A stretch of 64,000 bases of DNA from Helicobacter sp. (GCA_022511145.1 JAFLSC010000002.1:4208-68207); one strand, 5' to 3'; counted from the first letter of the stretch, positions 9,391-19,373 are shown. Notes: a model not told the origin generated them from the letters alone. Numbers and translations: made by a program.

Positions 9391-10044
9391 TCAAATGGGA
9401 TTTCCTTTTTTCATTGTTTCAAGCAGGTTAAAGAGTGTCTCATCAGGCTTATTTTGCAAAATTGTTTGTAAGATAAGAATAGCCTCATTAGGATTGCCCT
9501 CTAAATAAACACTGCGAGCAAAAATCTCCCAACTCTGCAAATCTTGGGGATTTTCTTTATTTGCCAAAAGGGCTAAATTCTTGGCTTTTTGATAGTCTTT
9601 TTGTGCTAAATAATCTTTAGCCTTTTGCAAATCATTAGTGTTTTTAGGATAGCTTGAGAGGTGGATTTTCTCTTCTTTGGGGGGTTTAAGATTTGAAAAC
9701 TTAGGAGCATTATTAGAGAGATTTTGCTTAGGATTTGGGTTTTGCTGAATCTTAGGGGCTAGATTGCTTAAATGCTCTGGGATTTCTTCTTTGCTCATAT
9801 ACTCTAAAGAGACAAAACCCATTGAGGTTTTAAGAAATCCCCTCTCTTGCTCTTTGGTGCAAATTTTTGTGTTTTGCCGCACTTGCCCTATGATTTTAGA
9901 ATCCAAACTCGGCTTTTCTCTGACATTTAAACGATGAGGGGCAACAAAATAGCATTCTTCCTCTAAAGGGTGTTGTGTTTCTACAAAAAATCCGCTTACA
10001 AAAAGTATCACACCGCCAAATAAAAACAAAATTGCCTTTTTCAT
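9391..10044 (-). CDS. Secreted SH3b plus TPR-like protein (position of ctsX)
   Basis: Signal peptide MKKAILFLF after GGAGGA RBS; LNVREKPSLDSKIIG SH3b motif; helical C-terminus. Confidence 0.6.
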   Translation of the reverse strand: MKKAILFLFGGVILFVSGFFVETQHPLEEECYFVAPHRLNVREKPSLDSKIIGQVRQNTKICTKEQERGFLKTSMGFVSLEYMSKEEIPEHLSNLAPKIQQNPNPKQNLSNNAPKFSNLKPPKEEKIHLSSYPKNTNDLQKAKDYLAQKDYQKAKNLALLANKENPQDLQSWEIFARSVYLEGNPNEAILILQTILQNKPDETLFNLLETMKKGNPI

Positions 10045-11531
10045 ATATCCTCCTCTTGTATAAGATGATAGCCTAAATCCTCCAAGCTCACCGCCCAATC
10101 CTCAATGATTTTAGGCTCGATAATAAACACAATCTCTTCAATGCTTTTAAGATTTTGGGAATAAGAAAAAAGGGGCTTGATGAGAGGAATATCCCCTAAA
10201 AGTGGGATTTTATTTTCCTTTTGGGTAAGGCTTTGGGAGATAAGTCCGCCTAAAATCACTTTTTGATTGTTTTTGACTTTTACGATAGAGGAGAGTTGGT
10301 TTGTCATTAAATTTGGCGGTGTGTCAAAGGCGTTTGAGGGTAAATCCACTTGATTTTCTTTGGTTTTGGTAATGGAAGGATTGATTTTAAGCATAATCTC
10401 TTCATCAAAAACTAAAGGTGTAATATCAAGCAAGACACCGGCAAAAATGCTAGGATACTCATCATCAGTGTTTGTCAGCGTTGTTTGGGAGTTGGTATTT
10501 TGATACACAGAAGTTTTCTTGTAACGCAAAATATCCCCCACACTAATAAGAGCAGGTTGGTTATTGAGCGTCAAAACTTTAGGATTAGAGATAGATTGCA
10601 CCTCACCATAAGTTTTAAGAAACTCAACAATCCGATTCAAACTCAAACCTTGAGAGAAAATATTAATGCCATACATAAATTCGCTTTTACCTTGGTCATA
10701 CCTGTAAGATAGCCCACTTACATTACCCGCTTCCCCCTCTTTGCCAAAAGAATTGCTTTGAGAATTTGGGGCAGCCAAAAGCACATTTTGTAAATCATAC
10801 AAACTCTCCCAATCAATCCCAATCGTTTGGCTATCTTTGTGCTGAACACTTAAAATATGCACATCAATAAGCACTTGTTTTTGTAATCTTTTATGAAGTT
10901 TTTGCAAATAAGCTTCTATTTCTTTGAGGCTTTTTCTATCGCCCCTAACACTCACTAATCCCGCTCCTTTGTTAATAATCACATTAGGATTTTCCATATC
11001 AGGAGGGAGGTTAAGCAAGGCAAGAATTTCTTGCTTGATTGTTTCCCAAAAGTTAAACCCATCGGTGCTCGTAATATCCACGCCCGATTTGCTTGTGCTT
11101 TGGGTTGCCTTGCCGCTTGTCTCATAGTTTGTGCCTTTTTCTTCGTAATTAATAGCCACAGAAGTGCTGCTTGTGCCTTGCCGATTAGTGCTAAGATAGT
11201 TAATTTTGAAAGTTTGTGTTTTGAATACAAGGAGTTTTAGTATTCCTTTGTGATAGTCATAATGCAAATTTGCTACACCAAAGAGCAAATCAAACAAATA
11301 AGATAAATCTTTTTTCTTAACATTTACCATAGGCAAAGTTTTATTAAGCCGCTCTTCTACTAGAGTATCATCATACACCACACTAAAAGCACATTCTTTT
11401 GAAAATTCACTCAAAACTTCTTTAATGCTAACACTAGAATCCTCCAAATATAAGTCAAATACACGCTCCTCACACGCCCACAATTTTAATCCCAAAATAA
11501 AAATTAGCCAAAAAATCCTCACCAAATTCAC
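10041..11531 (-). CDS. ctsD: Secretin (MshL/GspD type; CtsD-like)
   Basis: QVLIDVHIL, SNPKVLTLNNQPALISVG, ENKIPLLGDIPLI; GTG start at 11531 overlaps the upstream TGA. Confidence 0.85.
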   Translation of the reverse strand: MNLVRIFWLIFILGLKLWACEERVFDLYLEDSSVSIKEVLSEFSKECAFSVVYDDTLVEERLNKTLPMVNVKKKDLSYLFDLLFGVANLHYDYHKGILKLLVFKTQTFKINYLSTNRQGTSSTSVAINYEEKGTNYETSGKATQSTSKSGVDITSTDGFNFWETIKQEILALLNLPPDMENPNVIINKGAGLVSVRGDRKSLKEIEAYLQKLHKRLQKQVLIDVHILSVQHKDSQTIGIDWESLYDLQNVLLAAPNSQSNSFGKEGEAGNVSGLSYRYDQGKSEFMYGINIFSQGLSLNRIVEFLKTYGEVQSISNPKVLTLNNQPALISVGDILRYKKTSVYQNTNSQTTLTNTDDEYPSIFAGVLLDITPLVFDEEIMLKINPSITKTKENQVDLPSNAFDTPPNLMTNQLSSIVKVKNNQKVILGGLISQSLTQKENKIPLLGDIPLIKPLFSYSQNLKSIEEIVFIIEPKIIEDWAVSLEDLGYHLIQEEDI

Positions 11532-11809
11532 TGCCCCCTTAGTATTTTCTTTTGCTGCAGACATAAGCTAAAAGATTGCCTATCCTCTAATATCACACAA
11601 TCCTTAGCAATCTCAATAACTTTTATCCCCTTAACATACTCTCCTTTTTTCACCCATTCGCCATTCAGATTGACTTTATCACTCATTATCCCCAAAATTC
11701 TTAGAGATTCCTCCCTATCATACAAAAAAGGGTCGCTAGAAGAATCAGAATAAAGGCATTTTCCCCAAATTCCACAAACTAATATTACCAAGCCCACAAA
11801 AAATCTCAT
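11528..11809 (-). CDS. Small exported transformation-system protein (position of ctsR)
   Basis: Signal peptide, DPFLY..L.GI..KVNLNGEW..G; translationally coupled on both sides. Confidence 0.55.
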   Translation of the reverse strand: MRFFVGLVILVCGIWGKCLYSDSSSDPFLYDREESLRILGIMSDKVNLNGEWVKKGEYVKGIKVIEIAKDCVILEDRQSFSLCLQQKKILRGQ

Positions 11810-12468
11810 TGCCAATTCCCTTGGGATTGATTTTTGGAGGATTGAGTTTTTTGCTGAATTTGGATGAAAGCTTCCAAAACCTCGCCTTTAGGGTAAATGA
11901 CAAAATCCAAAATCTCTAAATCCCAAAAGCAAAAATCTAGGCTTGAGAGCAGTCTAAAGAGGCTTTTAAAATCACTTACAAAAGAAAGGTAAAAATGCCT
12001 AAAATCCTGCGTTAAACTAAAATCGTTAATGCCAACCTCTCTAAGTGTTTCCTCGAGCAAAAAGACATTGCTTGATTTTTGGGTTTGCAAGAGCAATCTT
12101 TGCTCTTGAATAGCTTTTTGATGGGTGAGATTTTGTATCTCTTTTTGCAAGGCTTCTAAATCATCGCCAAAAGGTAAATTTTCCCTTTGTTTTAGGGATT
12201 CAAGCTTAGAGGACAAAGAAAAGTATTCGGATTTTAAGGTATTGCTATAATCTTGAAGTTTTTGATGAAACCCAAAAAATACCCCTGCAAAACTCAAAAC
12301 TCCACATAATATAAGCCCCAAAATCCTTTCTCTTAAAGAATATCCTTGCACTCTTTTTTCAAAGTTTTCTAAGAGCTCTTGAAATCTCAATTTCAATCCA
12401 ATAATATTCATTAATTTTTTGATAAACTTGTAAGGAATTTGTCGGAAAATCCTTATCCAAAGCCTCAA
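11806..12468 (-). CDS. PilO/GspM-like bitopic membrane protein (true start probably downstream, near 12396)
   Basis: SLRERILGLIL single TM, coiled coil, C-terminal domain; position in the operon. Confidence 0.5.
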   Translation of the reverse strand: MRLWIRIFRQIPYKFIKKLMNIIGLKLRFQELLENFEKRVQGYSLRERILGLILCGVLSFAGVFFGFHQKLQDYSNTLKSEYFSLSSKLESLKQRENLPFGDDLEALQKEIQNLTHQKAIQEQRLLLQTQKSSNVFLLEETLREVGINDFSLTQDFRHFYLSFVSDFKSLFRLLSSLDFCFWDLEILDFVIYPKGEVLEAFIQIQQKTQSSKNQSQGNWQ

Positions 12469-13522
12469 ACCATTGTTTAATCCTATCTCCTTTAAGCAAA
12501 AGGGCTAAACGCTCCTTTTGATAATGCCAAAAAAGCACATTGATATTTTCTTTTACAAGCTCCTGATTGATTTGTTCAAAAAGTAAAGAAACTTCCTCTT
12601 GCAAAAAAGCCTCTAGGGATTTTTGATTTTGTGCGATTTCAGAAGCTAAGGTGTGATAGGTGGATTTGAGATTTTCAAGTTCAACTTGCTTTTGACTTTG
12701 TTCTTGTTGATATTGCTGTTTTTGTGATTCTAAAAGTTGAATTTCTCGTGCTAAATGGCTATTTTGTGTTTTTTGCCTGTAAGAGAGAATCCCCAAGCTT
12801 ACAAAATACCCTAAGGCTAAAACTATCCCCAAACCACACGCTAAAAGAGCTTGAACTGCAAAATATTGCCTAAGGGGCGGTTTAACTTCTTTGGGCATAA
12901 AGTTATATTTTTCATTTAATGTTTTCAAAAAATCTGTTTGTAAAGCCTCATACCAATAGCATAAAATCTCTAGTTCTTTAAGCTGTGTAAAGAGTGCTTG
13001 CATAGGCTCTTTAGAAGACTCATCAAAAGCCCACACAAACAAATCAAAATCTTCACTGAAATCCTCTTTAATTTGAACTATTTTCTCCCTCCAATCACAA
13101 TCCTCCCTCAAAGCCTCCAAAAAAATCATCTCACCCTTAAAATACCCTACCAAATTTAATTCAAAATCAAAGCAACAATCCCCAACTAAAAAGAAATTCC
13201 AATCTTTGGGCTTAGGATTTAATGATTGTGTTTTGTCTTTATTTGCGATAAAACTTTGCGTATAAAAAAGTGGGTGAGTGAGGCAAGTTTGGCTTTTACA
13301 AGAATATTTTTGCAAAAGCCTTTGATTTACAAGACAACAGGCATACAATCTATCCCCTAAAGCATTATTAAAAATTAGTTGATATTCACAATCTCTAGGA
13401 AGATTGAGGATTCTACAAATTTTATCTTCTAGCAAATCCCGCAAACTTAATTCCTCATTTACCTCATCATCGAGCCTCAAAGTGTAAAAAAGAATCTCTT
13501 TGGCAGAGAAAAAGCTAACCAC
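12359..13522 (-). CDS. PilM-PilN/GspL-like protein (cytoplasmic domain, TM, coiled coil)
   Basis: GTG start with AAGGAG RBS; one central TM followed by a Gln/Glu-rich coiled coil; first gene of the pilus operon. Confidence 0.5.
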   Translation of the reverse strand: MVSFFSAKEILFYTLRLDDEVNEELSLRDLLEDKICRILNLPRDCEYQLIFNNALGDRLYACCLVNQRLLQKYSCKSQTCLTHPLFYTQSFIANKDKTQSLNPKPKDWNFFLVGDCCFDFELNLVGYFKGEMIFLEALREDCDWREKIVQIKEDFSEDFDLFVWAFDESSKEPMQALFTQLKELEILCYWYEALQTDFLKTLNEKYNFMPKEVKPPLRQYFAVQALLACGLGIVLALGYFVSLGILSYRQKTQNSHLAREIQLLESQKQQYQQEQSQKQVELENLKSTYHTLASEIAQNQKSLEAFLQEEVSLLFEQINQELVKENINVLFWHYQKERLALLLKGDRIKQWFEALDKDFPTNSLQVYQKINEYYWIEIEISRALRKL

Positions 13523-13681
13523 AACTCTCCTTTTGGTTAAATTTCTTCATTCTGTGCCTATTTGTGTTAATTCAAATAAAAAATTTCAAAGTCCTCTCAA
13601 TTATAATCCCAAAAAGCTTAACGAATTTTAAAACCCTTACAAGTTTAAAATCCCCGCTTCTTGTTGTGAAAAATTATCACA

Positions 13682-13791
13682 GGTGGCAATCTTGCACATT
13701 AGCCATCATTGCAAGAAAATCCGCAAGGATTTTTGTAGTAATCTTTTTTTGGGATTGCTTCGTCTTTAGCCTTGCAATGACGAAGCAATCT
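13682..13791. repeat. CGTC-type REP-like palindromic cluster
   Basis: CATCATTGCAAG-AAAATCC-GCAA-GGATTTT-TGTAGTAATCT at 13704-13744; perfect 12-bp IR GATTGCTTCGTC (13753-13764) / GACGAAGCAATC (13779-13790). Confidence 0.75.
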
Positions 13792-13841
13792 TTCTTTAAG
13801 GTAAAACTTTAAAATAATTCAATACAATCGCTTAATAAAAA

Positions 13842-14108
13842 ATGGGGCTTAAATTTATGGCAGACACTAGCACAAAGCAAAAAGCTTTTTTGTTTTTAGA
13901 ATTTGTAGTTGTTTTGGCGATTTTGGGAATCCTTTTGGGAGTAATTTTGCAATTACTTAATCAAAAAGTTTTTGAACTTCCTCAAAACACCAGAACGCTT
14001 TTAAATGTTTCTTTTTGTAACAATATATCCCCTCAATGCCTCTTAAATCCCTCACTTGAAACCCCGCTTCCTTTTATCGAGCTTTCTATTACTCCCTCTG
14101 CTCCATAG
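13842..14108 (+). CDS. Prepilin-like protein (class III signal peptide)
   Basis: KA|FLFLEFVVVLAIL with Glu at +5 and a hydrophobic helix. Confidence 0.65.
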   Translation: MGLKFMADTSTKQKAFLFLEFVVVLAILGILLGVILQLLNQKVFELPQNTRTLLNVSFCNNISPQCLLNPSLETPLPFIELSITPSAP

Positions 14109-14123
14109 TTTAAAGGCTTAAAA

Positions 14124-15029
14124 TTGCTTAAATTTCTACAAATCTTTCAAAATCCCCATATCAAATTTCAAAGTAAATCCCAAAAATCAGCTTTTAGTCT
14201 TCTTGAAATTCTTGTCGCACTCCTTATTGTTGGAATCCTTGGAGGACTTAGTGGGGCAGGGATTTTTGGGCTTTATAAAAATTATCAAGCCCGCAATATT
14301 CACTATGAACTTCAAATTAGCACGCTTAATACCCTAGCCCAAATCCAAAATATCTTAAAAGATTCCCTCTATCTTAGCATTGCTCTTGATTTTGCTTTGA
14401 TACCCTCTAATTTTTTAAGCTTAAAATCTCATCACCTTAATTTTATCCCAAAAATTCACGAAAAAATCCTCTTTGATGCTTATGCACTGCCTTGTTTTAG
14501 CGGATTTTTAGAACCAAGTAGCCTTAAAATCTCCTCAAGTTTTGAAGCCTCTTTAGTCCTCATTGACACAAAAGCTCAAAATCCCCTCAATCAAAACTGC
14601 CAAATTTACCACCACCCTAACATTGAAGCAATCTTTATCAATGAAAACTTCCTTTTTCCTCAAGATTTCTACAATCCAGCCTTTAGGGCAAAGGTTTTAG
14701 AGCTCAAATCAGCTTTTATTAAAACACAAATCCCTCCCTTTTTGCAAAGCCTTATCGCCACTTCCCCTACATCACCCACTACAAATCCTAACACATCACC
14801 TTTAGCTTTCATATCACCCAAATTTTATTTATCAAAAGAAATCCAAAGTTTGAGCCTAAATCAAAACACCCTCACTCTTCACAAAAGCACACAAAATCTT
14901 ATTTTGGATTCCAAAGTTTCAGATTTTCTCATCGCCCAAAAACCCTTTGGGATTGTGCTTAAAGTTTGCAAAGAGGAGCAAAATCTCCATTTCTGTGCGG
15001 AAGCTTTACTTCTAAAGGAATCACTCTAA
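14124..15029 (+). CDS. Prepilin-type N-terminal cleavage/methylation domain protein (minor pilin)
   Basis: KSA|FSLLEILVALLIVGIL. Confidence 0.75.
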   Translation: MLKFLQIFQNPHIKFQSKSQKSAFSLLEILVALLIVGILGGLSGAGIFGLYKNYQARNIHYELQISTLNTLAQIQNILKDSLYLSIALDFALIPSNFLSLKSHHLNFIPKIHEKILFDAYALPCFSGFLEPSSLKISSSFEASLVLIDTKAQNPLNQNCQIYHHPNIEAIFINENFLFPQDFYNPAFRAKVLELKSAFIKTQIPPFLQSLIATSPTSPTTNPNTSPLAFISPKFYLSKEIQSLSLNQNTLTLHKSTQNLILDSKVSDFLIAQKPFGIVLKVCKEEQNLHFCAEALLLKESL

Positions 15030-15406
15030 TGCGTAAAAAATCTTATATTCTGCTCCCTTTTGTCTTGTTTTTACTCTTAGGCGGGACACTCTTGCTCATT
15101 GCCCTAAAAACCTCAAGTTTTCAATCCCATTTTCTTATTTTTCAGCCCAAAAAACAAGAGCTAATCCTTAATCTCCATAATTTCAAAACCTTAGTGCAAA
15201 ACAAAATCCAAGACAAAAGCTTACCCATAAATGCCTACACCTTTTTTGAGACAACCCTGCAAAATCACTACCACTACAAAGCTATTATTAAAAAATTTGA
15301 CTCCAAAGAGCTTAACAATCTCTATTATATCGATATTTATGGATTTTTTACTTTGCACCATCAAACCTACTCTTACAATCAAGCTTTCTTTTTTGTGTTA
15401 CCCTAA
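15029..15406 (+). CDS. Pilin-like protein lacking Glu+5 (GspK/PilX-like)
   Basis: ATG overlaps the upstream TAA; MRKKS|YILLPFVLFLLLGG. Confidence 0.45.
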   Translation: MRKKSYILLPFVLFLLLGGTLLLIALKTSSFQSHFLIFQPKKQELILNLHNFKTLVQNKIQDKSLPINAYTFFETTLQNHYHYKAIIKKFDSKELNNLYYIDIYGFFTLHHQTYSYNQAFFFVLP

Positions 15407-15515
15407 GTTATTAAAGATTCAAGGAAAGATGCCCTATTTATTTCTTACAACAACAAAAGAGGAAAGGTTTTTGTCATCATAAAGATTTTTTGGATATTCT
15501 TTGTGAAAATTTAGA

Positions 15516-15521
15516 TATAAT
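15516..15521 (+). promoter_or_regulatory. Sigma70-type -10 box for the heptose operon
   Basis: aaaatttagaTATAAT about 30 nt upstream of AAGGA and the ATG at 15550. Confidence 0.6.
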
Positions 15522-15549
15522 AGCAAAAATAACCAAAAAGGAACACACA

Positions 15550-16554
15550 ATGCAATACCTCGATGACTCTCTTAAAAAACAACGCATTTTAATCACCGGT
15601 GGAGCTGGATTTATCGGCTCTAATTTAGCAATGTATTTTCAAAAATATCACCCCAAAGCGGAAGTGGTGATTTTTGATTGCTTTAGAAACAGCGAAAGCT
15701 TTGAAAATGGCAACCCTAAATCACTAGGGCATTTTAAAAATTTGCTTGATTTTAAAGGCGAGATAATCACAGGCAACCTCAACAATCCCGAAGATTTTGC
15801 ACGAATTAAAGCAAGGAAATTTGATTACATTTTCCACCAAGCTGCCATTTCTGATACAACCGCTACCAATCAAGAAGCCATTTTAAAAACCAATGTGAAT
15901 GCTTTTAAAGATTTAATTGAAGTGTGCCATAAACACAACACGACTTTAATTTATGCTTCAAGTGCGGGAGTCTATGGCAACACCCCTGCTCCTAATCATA
16001 TCGGAAGCGGAGAGATTCCTCAAAACGCTTATGGCTTTTCTAAACTTGCTATGGATAATCTTGTGCGAAAATATCTCACTACGGCTTCAAATAAAATCTC
16101 GCTTGTAGGATTGCGGTATTTTAATGTTTATGGGGAAAATGAGTTCTATAAACACAAAACCGCCTCAATGATATTGCAGCTTGGACTCTCTGCCCTTAGG
16201 GAAAAAAAGGTGCAACTTTTTAAAATGGGAGAGCAAAAACGCGATTTTGTGTATATCCAAGATGTTATTCAAGCCAATATTAAAGCAATGAGAGCCAAAA
16301 AAAGTGGAATATACAATGTGGGTAGCGGTGTGGCTCGAAGTTATAACGATATTATTGATTGCCTCAAACAAGAATTAGGCGATTTTGAAGTCCAATACAT
16401 TGATAATCCTTATACTTTCTTCCAAAATCACACCCAAGCCAATCTCATCTTAACCCAAAAATTCCTCAATTATCAGCCCAGATTTTCTTTGGAAATAGGA
16501 ATTAAAAATTATCTTACTCAAATTAAACAAATTGCGGCTAAGGGGGATATTTGA
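15550..16554 (+). CDS. hldD: ADP-L-glycero-D-manno-heptose 6-epimerase
   Basis: ITGGAGFIGSN, YASSAGVYG, YGFSK, LRYFNVYG; ATG at 15550 after AAGGA. Confidence 0.92.
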   Translation: MQYLDDSLKKQRILITGGAGFIGSNLAMYFQKYHPKAEVVIFDCFRNSESFENGNPKSLGHFKNLLDFKGEIITGNLNNPEDFARIKARKFDYIFHQAAISDTTATNQEAILKTNVNAFKDLIEVCHKHNTTLIYASSAGVYGNTPAPNHIGSGEIPQNAYGFSKLAMDNLVRKYLTTASNKISLVGLRYFNVYGENEFYKHKTASMILQLGLSALREKKVQLFKMGEQKRDFVYIQDVIQANIKAMRAKKSGIYNVGSGVARSYNDIIDCLKQELGDFEVQYIDNPYTFFQNHTQANLILTQKFLNYQPRFSLEIGIKNYLTQIKQIAAKGDI

Positions 16555-18083
16555 CGCCTAATATCTTGGTTGTTGGGGATTTGATTTTAGACCATTATAT
16601 TTGGGGAAAATGCGAGAGAATCTCTCCTGAAGCCCCCGTGCAAATCGTTGAAGTAGGTAAAGAAACGCTAATGCTTGGTGGGGCGTGTAATGTCGCTCAT
16701 AATCTTATAAGCCTTGAAGCAAAGGTGTGGATTTGCGGTATCATCGGAAAAGATAAAGCCGGAAAAGACCTCTTAGCCTTGCTTAAAAAACTTCATATTA
16801 ACACACAAGGCGTTTTAACCTCCAAGCGTCCCACTACGCAAAAATCCCGCATTATCGCTTCACACCAGCAAGTAATAAGAGTTGATAGGGAAAACAAACA
16901 ATCTATCTCCCCCAAAGAAGAAAAATCTCTCCTTGAATTTATAGAAAAACTTATCACACAAGAAAAGCTTGATTGTATCTTGCTTTCTGATTATAATAAG
17001 GGGGTTTTAACCCTCTCTTTGTGCCAAAAAGTGATTGCATTAGCCAAAACTCACTCTATTAAAATCCTCATTGACCCTAAGGGCAAAGATTATCATAAAT
17101 ACAAAGGTGCCACACTTCTAACGCCAAACAAAAAAGAAGCGACAGAAGCAACAAATATCGCTATTAGCGATGATAAGAGCCTCAAACAAGCCCTCTTAAA
17201 ACTTAAAAAAATGTGTGATTTGGAATTTTCTCTCATCACTTTAAGTGAAGATGGGATTGCAATCTTTGATAAAAATTTGCATAAAATCCCAACCATTGCA
17301 AGGGAGGTTTTTGATGTAACCGGAGCAGGTGATAGCGTGATTGCTGCTCTTGCTTTTATGCTTGCTTTGGGTGAGTCTATCCTCGCAAGTGTTTATTTTG
17401 CTAATGCCACAGCAGCCGTTGTGGTAAGCAAAATCGGTTCAGCCACCGCTACAAAACGAGAGATTTTTCACTATCTTAAACGCAATAATCTCCTAGATTC
17501 CTGTTACATTGATTCCACTTTGCTTTCTTTGTTTTCCTCTACACCAAACTCTAGCCCCTTAGATAAACATATTCAAAAAATCACACAAAAACAAACAAGG
17601 CTTGATTTTAAAGACAAAAAAATCACGCAAGAAAATTTTAAAGCCTTTCTTACTGCCTTAAAACAGCTGCAAAAAGGGCATTTTAAAATTGTTTTTACCA
17701 ATGGTTGCTTTGATATTTTGCATTTTGGGCATATTTATTATCTCAATGCAGCAAGAGATTTGGGGGATTTACTTATTGTAGGCTTAAATGGCGATGATTC
17801 AATTAAAAAACTCAAAGGTCCCTCTCGCCCTATCAATAACTTCGAAGATAGGGTGGCATTACTTTGTGCTTTAGAATGTGTGGATTTTGTGATAGAATTT
17901 CAAGAAGAAACGCCTTATAAGCTCATTAAGGCTTTAAAACCTGATATTATAGTTAAAGGAGGTGATTACAAAAATAAAAAAGTTGTTGGGAGTGATGTTG
18001 TTAAAGAAGTTTATTTAATTGATTTTGTGGAAAACAAAAGCACCACAGGATTGATTGCCAAAATACAAAAGGAGTTCAAATGA
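16551..18083 (+). CDS. hldE: Bifunctional heptose-7-phosphate kinase / heptose-1-phosphate adenylyltransferase
   Basis: [32 protein letters not shown]. Confidence 0.95.
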   Translation: MTPNILVVGDLILDHYIWGKCERISPEAPVQIVEVGKETLMLGGACNVAHNLISLEAKVWICGIIGKDKAGKDLLALLKKLHINTQGVLTSKRPTTQKSRIIASHQQVIRVDRENKQSISPKEEKSLLEFIEKLITQEKLDCILLSDYNKGVLTLSLCQKVIALAKTHSIKILIDPKGKDYHKYKGATLLTPNKKEATEATNIAISDDKSLKQALLKLKKMCDLEFSLITLSEDGIAIFDKNLHKIPTIAREVFDVTGAGDSVIAALAFMLALGESILASVYFANATAAVVVSKIGSATATKREIFHYLKRNNLLDSCYIDSTLLSLFSSTPNSSPLDKHIQKITQKQTRLDFKDKKITQENFKAFLTALKQLQKGHFKIVFTNGCFDILHFGHIYYLNAARDLGDLLIVGLNGDDSIKKLKGPSRPINNFEDRVALLCALECVDFVIEFQEETPYKLIKALKPDIIVKGGDYKNKKVVGSDVVKEVYLIDFVENKSTTGLIAKIQKEFK

Positions 18084-18643
18084 TACAAACTATTGTTGAT
18101 GAAATTGATGCCCACGTAAAAGTAGCTAATGCTATGTCTAGTTTAGTAGCTGAAATTCAGCAAGCTGCAATCCTTGCCATAGAAACACTTGATGAGGGCA
18201 ATAAAATCTTGCTTTGTGGTAATGGAGGAAGTGCGGCAGACGCTCAGCATATTGCTGCAGAATTAGTGGGTCGTTATAAGATTGAGCGGAAGGGATTCCC
18301 CGCGATTGCTCTAACAACGGATACAAGTGCCCTAACAGCAATAGGCAATGATTATGGCTATGAATTTGTTTTTTCTCGCCAATGTGAAGCCCTGGCACAA
18401 GAGGGGGATTTATTTTGGGCAATCTCCACAAGCGGGAATAGCAAAAATGTCCTTAATGCCCTTAAAAAAGCTAAAGAATTAGGCTGCAGGACACTTGGAT
18501 TTAGTGGCGGTGATGGTGGTGCTATGCACGATTTATGCGATATTTTGCTTACTGCTCCAAGTTCTGATACACCAAGAATCCAAGAAATCCATATCTTAAT
18601 GGCACATATTCTTTGCAATTTAATTGAAAAAGAACTCTCCTAA
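18080..18643 (+). CDS. gmhA: Sedoheptulose-7-phosphate isomerase
   Basis: [26 protein letters not shown]. Confidence 0.96.
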   Translation: MIQTIVDEIDAHVKVANAMSSLVAEIQQAAILAIETLDEGNKILLCGNGGSAADAQHIAAELVGRYKIERKGFPAIALTTDTSALTAIGNDYGYEFVFSRQCEALAQEGDLFWAISTSGNSKNVLNALKKAKELGCRTLGFSGGDGGAMHDLCDILLTAPSSDTPRIQEIHILMAHILCNLIEKELS

Positions 18644-18652
18644 TGCCACTAA

Positions 18653-18679
18653 ACCCTAAGAATTAGGCATTCTTAGGGT
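18653..18679 (+). terminator. Stem-loop directly after gmhA (no U-tract; possible terminator or stabiliser)
   Basis: ACCCTAAGAAT-taggc-ATTCTTAGGGT, perfect 11-bp stem. Confidence 0.45.
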
Positions 18680-18710
18680 CATAAATCAACTTAAAACTCA
18701 AAATAAAGGA

Positions 18711-18868
18711 ATGGGAATAAAAGCAAAAGTAGTTTTCTTAGTTTTATTAGCCTTTATTTTGGGAGCTTGTGATAGCAAAGAGTGCAAAATGAGAAATCTT
18801 GTAATGTGGAGAATAGCATAGGGTGTAAATTGAAATCTATTATGGAAAATATCATTAAAAATCTATAA
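18711..18868 (+). pseudogene. Frameshifted small Cys-rich lipoprotein
   Basis: Signal peptide with lipobox (KAKVVFLVLLAFILGA|C); one extra A at tgcAAAAtgag would give a 52-aa ORF ending at 18868. Confidence 0.5.
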
Positions 18869-18932
18869 GGCAGAATCTATAAGGATAAAATTATGAAAAA
18901 ATTGATATGCTTATAGGTGATTAAGGGAGGGT

Positions 18933-19373
18933 TTGGATTTGTTTTTTAAAAAGCTCATTGAATCTTGCAAGGCGGATTTTTTCGACCTTAAGCCTCATCT
19001 TTTAGAGACACTCAAACAAGGGGGAGTGGAAGCGAGTTTTGCGGATTTGGACTTTCAAGAAGAGGGGATTTATTTTACCTTTCCGGATAAAAGTAGAGTA
19101 AAAGTGCTGTTTTACCAAGACAAAATCCAAGAATCTGCCTTTCGCACACAAGGCGACCCTTTGGTGCATTTTAGGGGCTGTAAAGAAGCTTTGGAGCTAT
19201 CTAGTAGGCTCAATGCTTGTAAAGCTATTATCAAATATGACAATAAGCTTTTTTTGGGTGTTTATTCCCATAAGACTCAAATCCGCTTTTTTAATGACAA
19301 GCCTTTGCCTCTCTGTCCTCTTTGCAAAAGTATCCTAAAAGGAGCGAGTTTAGCGGAATTTCTTACAATGTGA
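18933..19373 (+). CDS. Hypothetical protein with HxxxC...CxxC putative Zn site
   Basis: 146-aa ORF, GGGAGG RBS, VHFRGC and LCPLC motifs. Confidence 0.6.
   Translation: MDLFFKKLIESCKADFFDLKPHLLETLKQGGVEASFADLDFQEEGIYFTFPDKSRVKVLFYQDKIQESAFRTQGDPLVHFRGCKEALELSSRLNACKAIIKYDNKLFLGVYSHKTQIRFFNDKPLPLCPLCKSILKGASLAEFLTM

Noticed and set aside
13564-13812. ORF 13564-13812 (+), and likewise 62964-63185 (+)
   Set aside because: Open frames generated by the palindromic repeats in promoter regions
15490-15549. N-terminal extensions given by the ORF track for hldD (and for rplM, asnB, flhF, flhG and the SH3 gene)
   Set aside because: They overlap promoters or upstream genes; better ATG starts with RBS lie downstream
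18860-18884. Direct repeat AATCTATAAGG x2
   Set aside because: An 11-bp duplication in a decaying intergenic region, with no functional context
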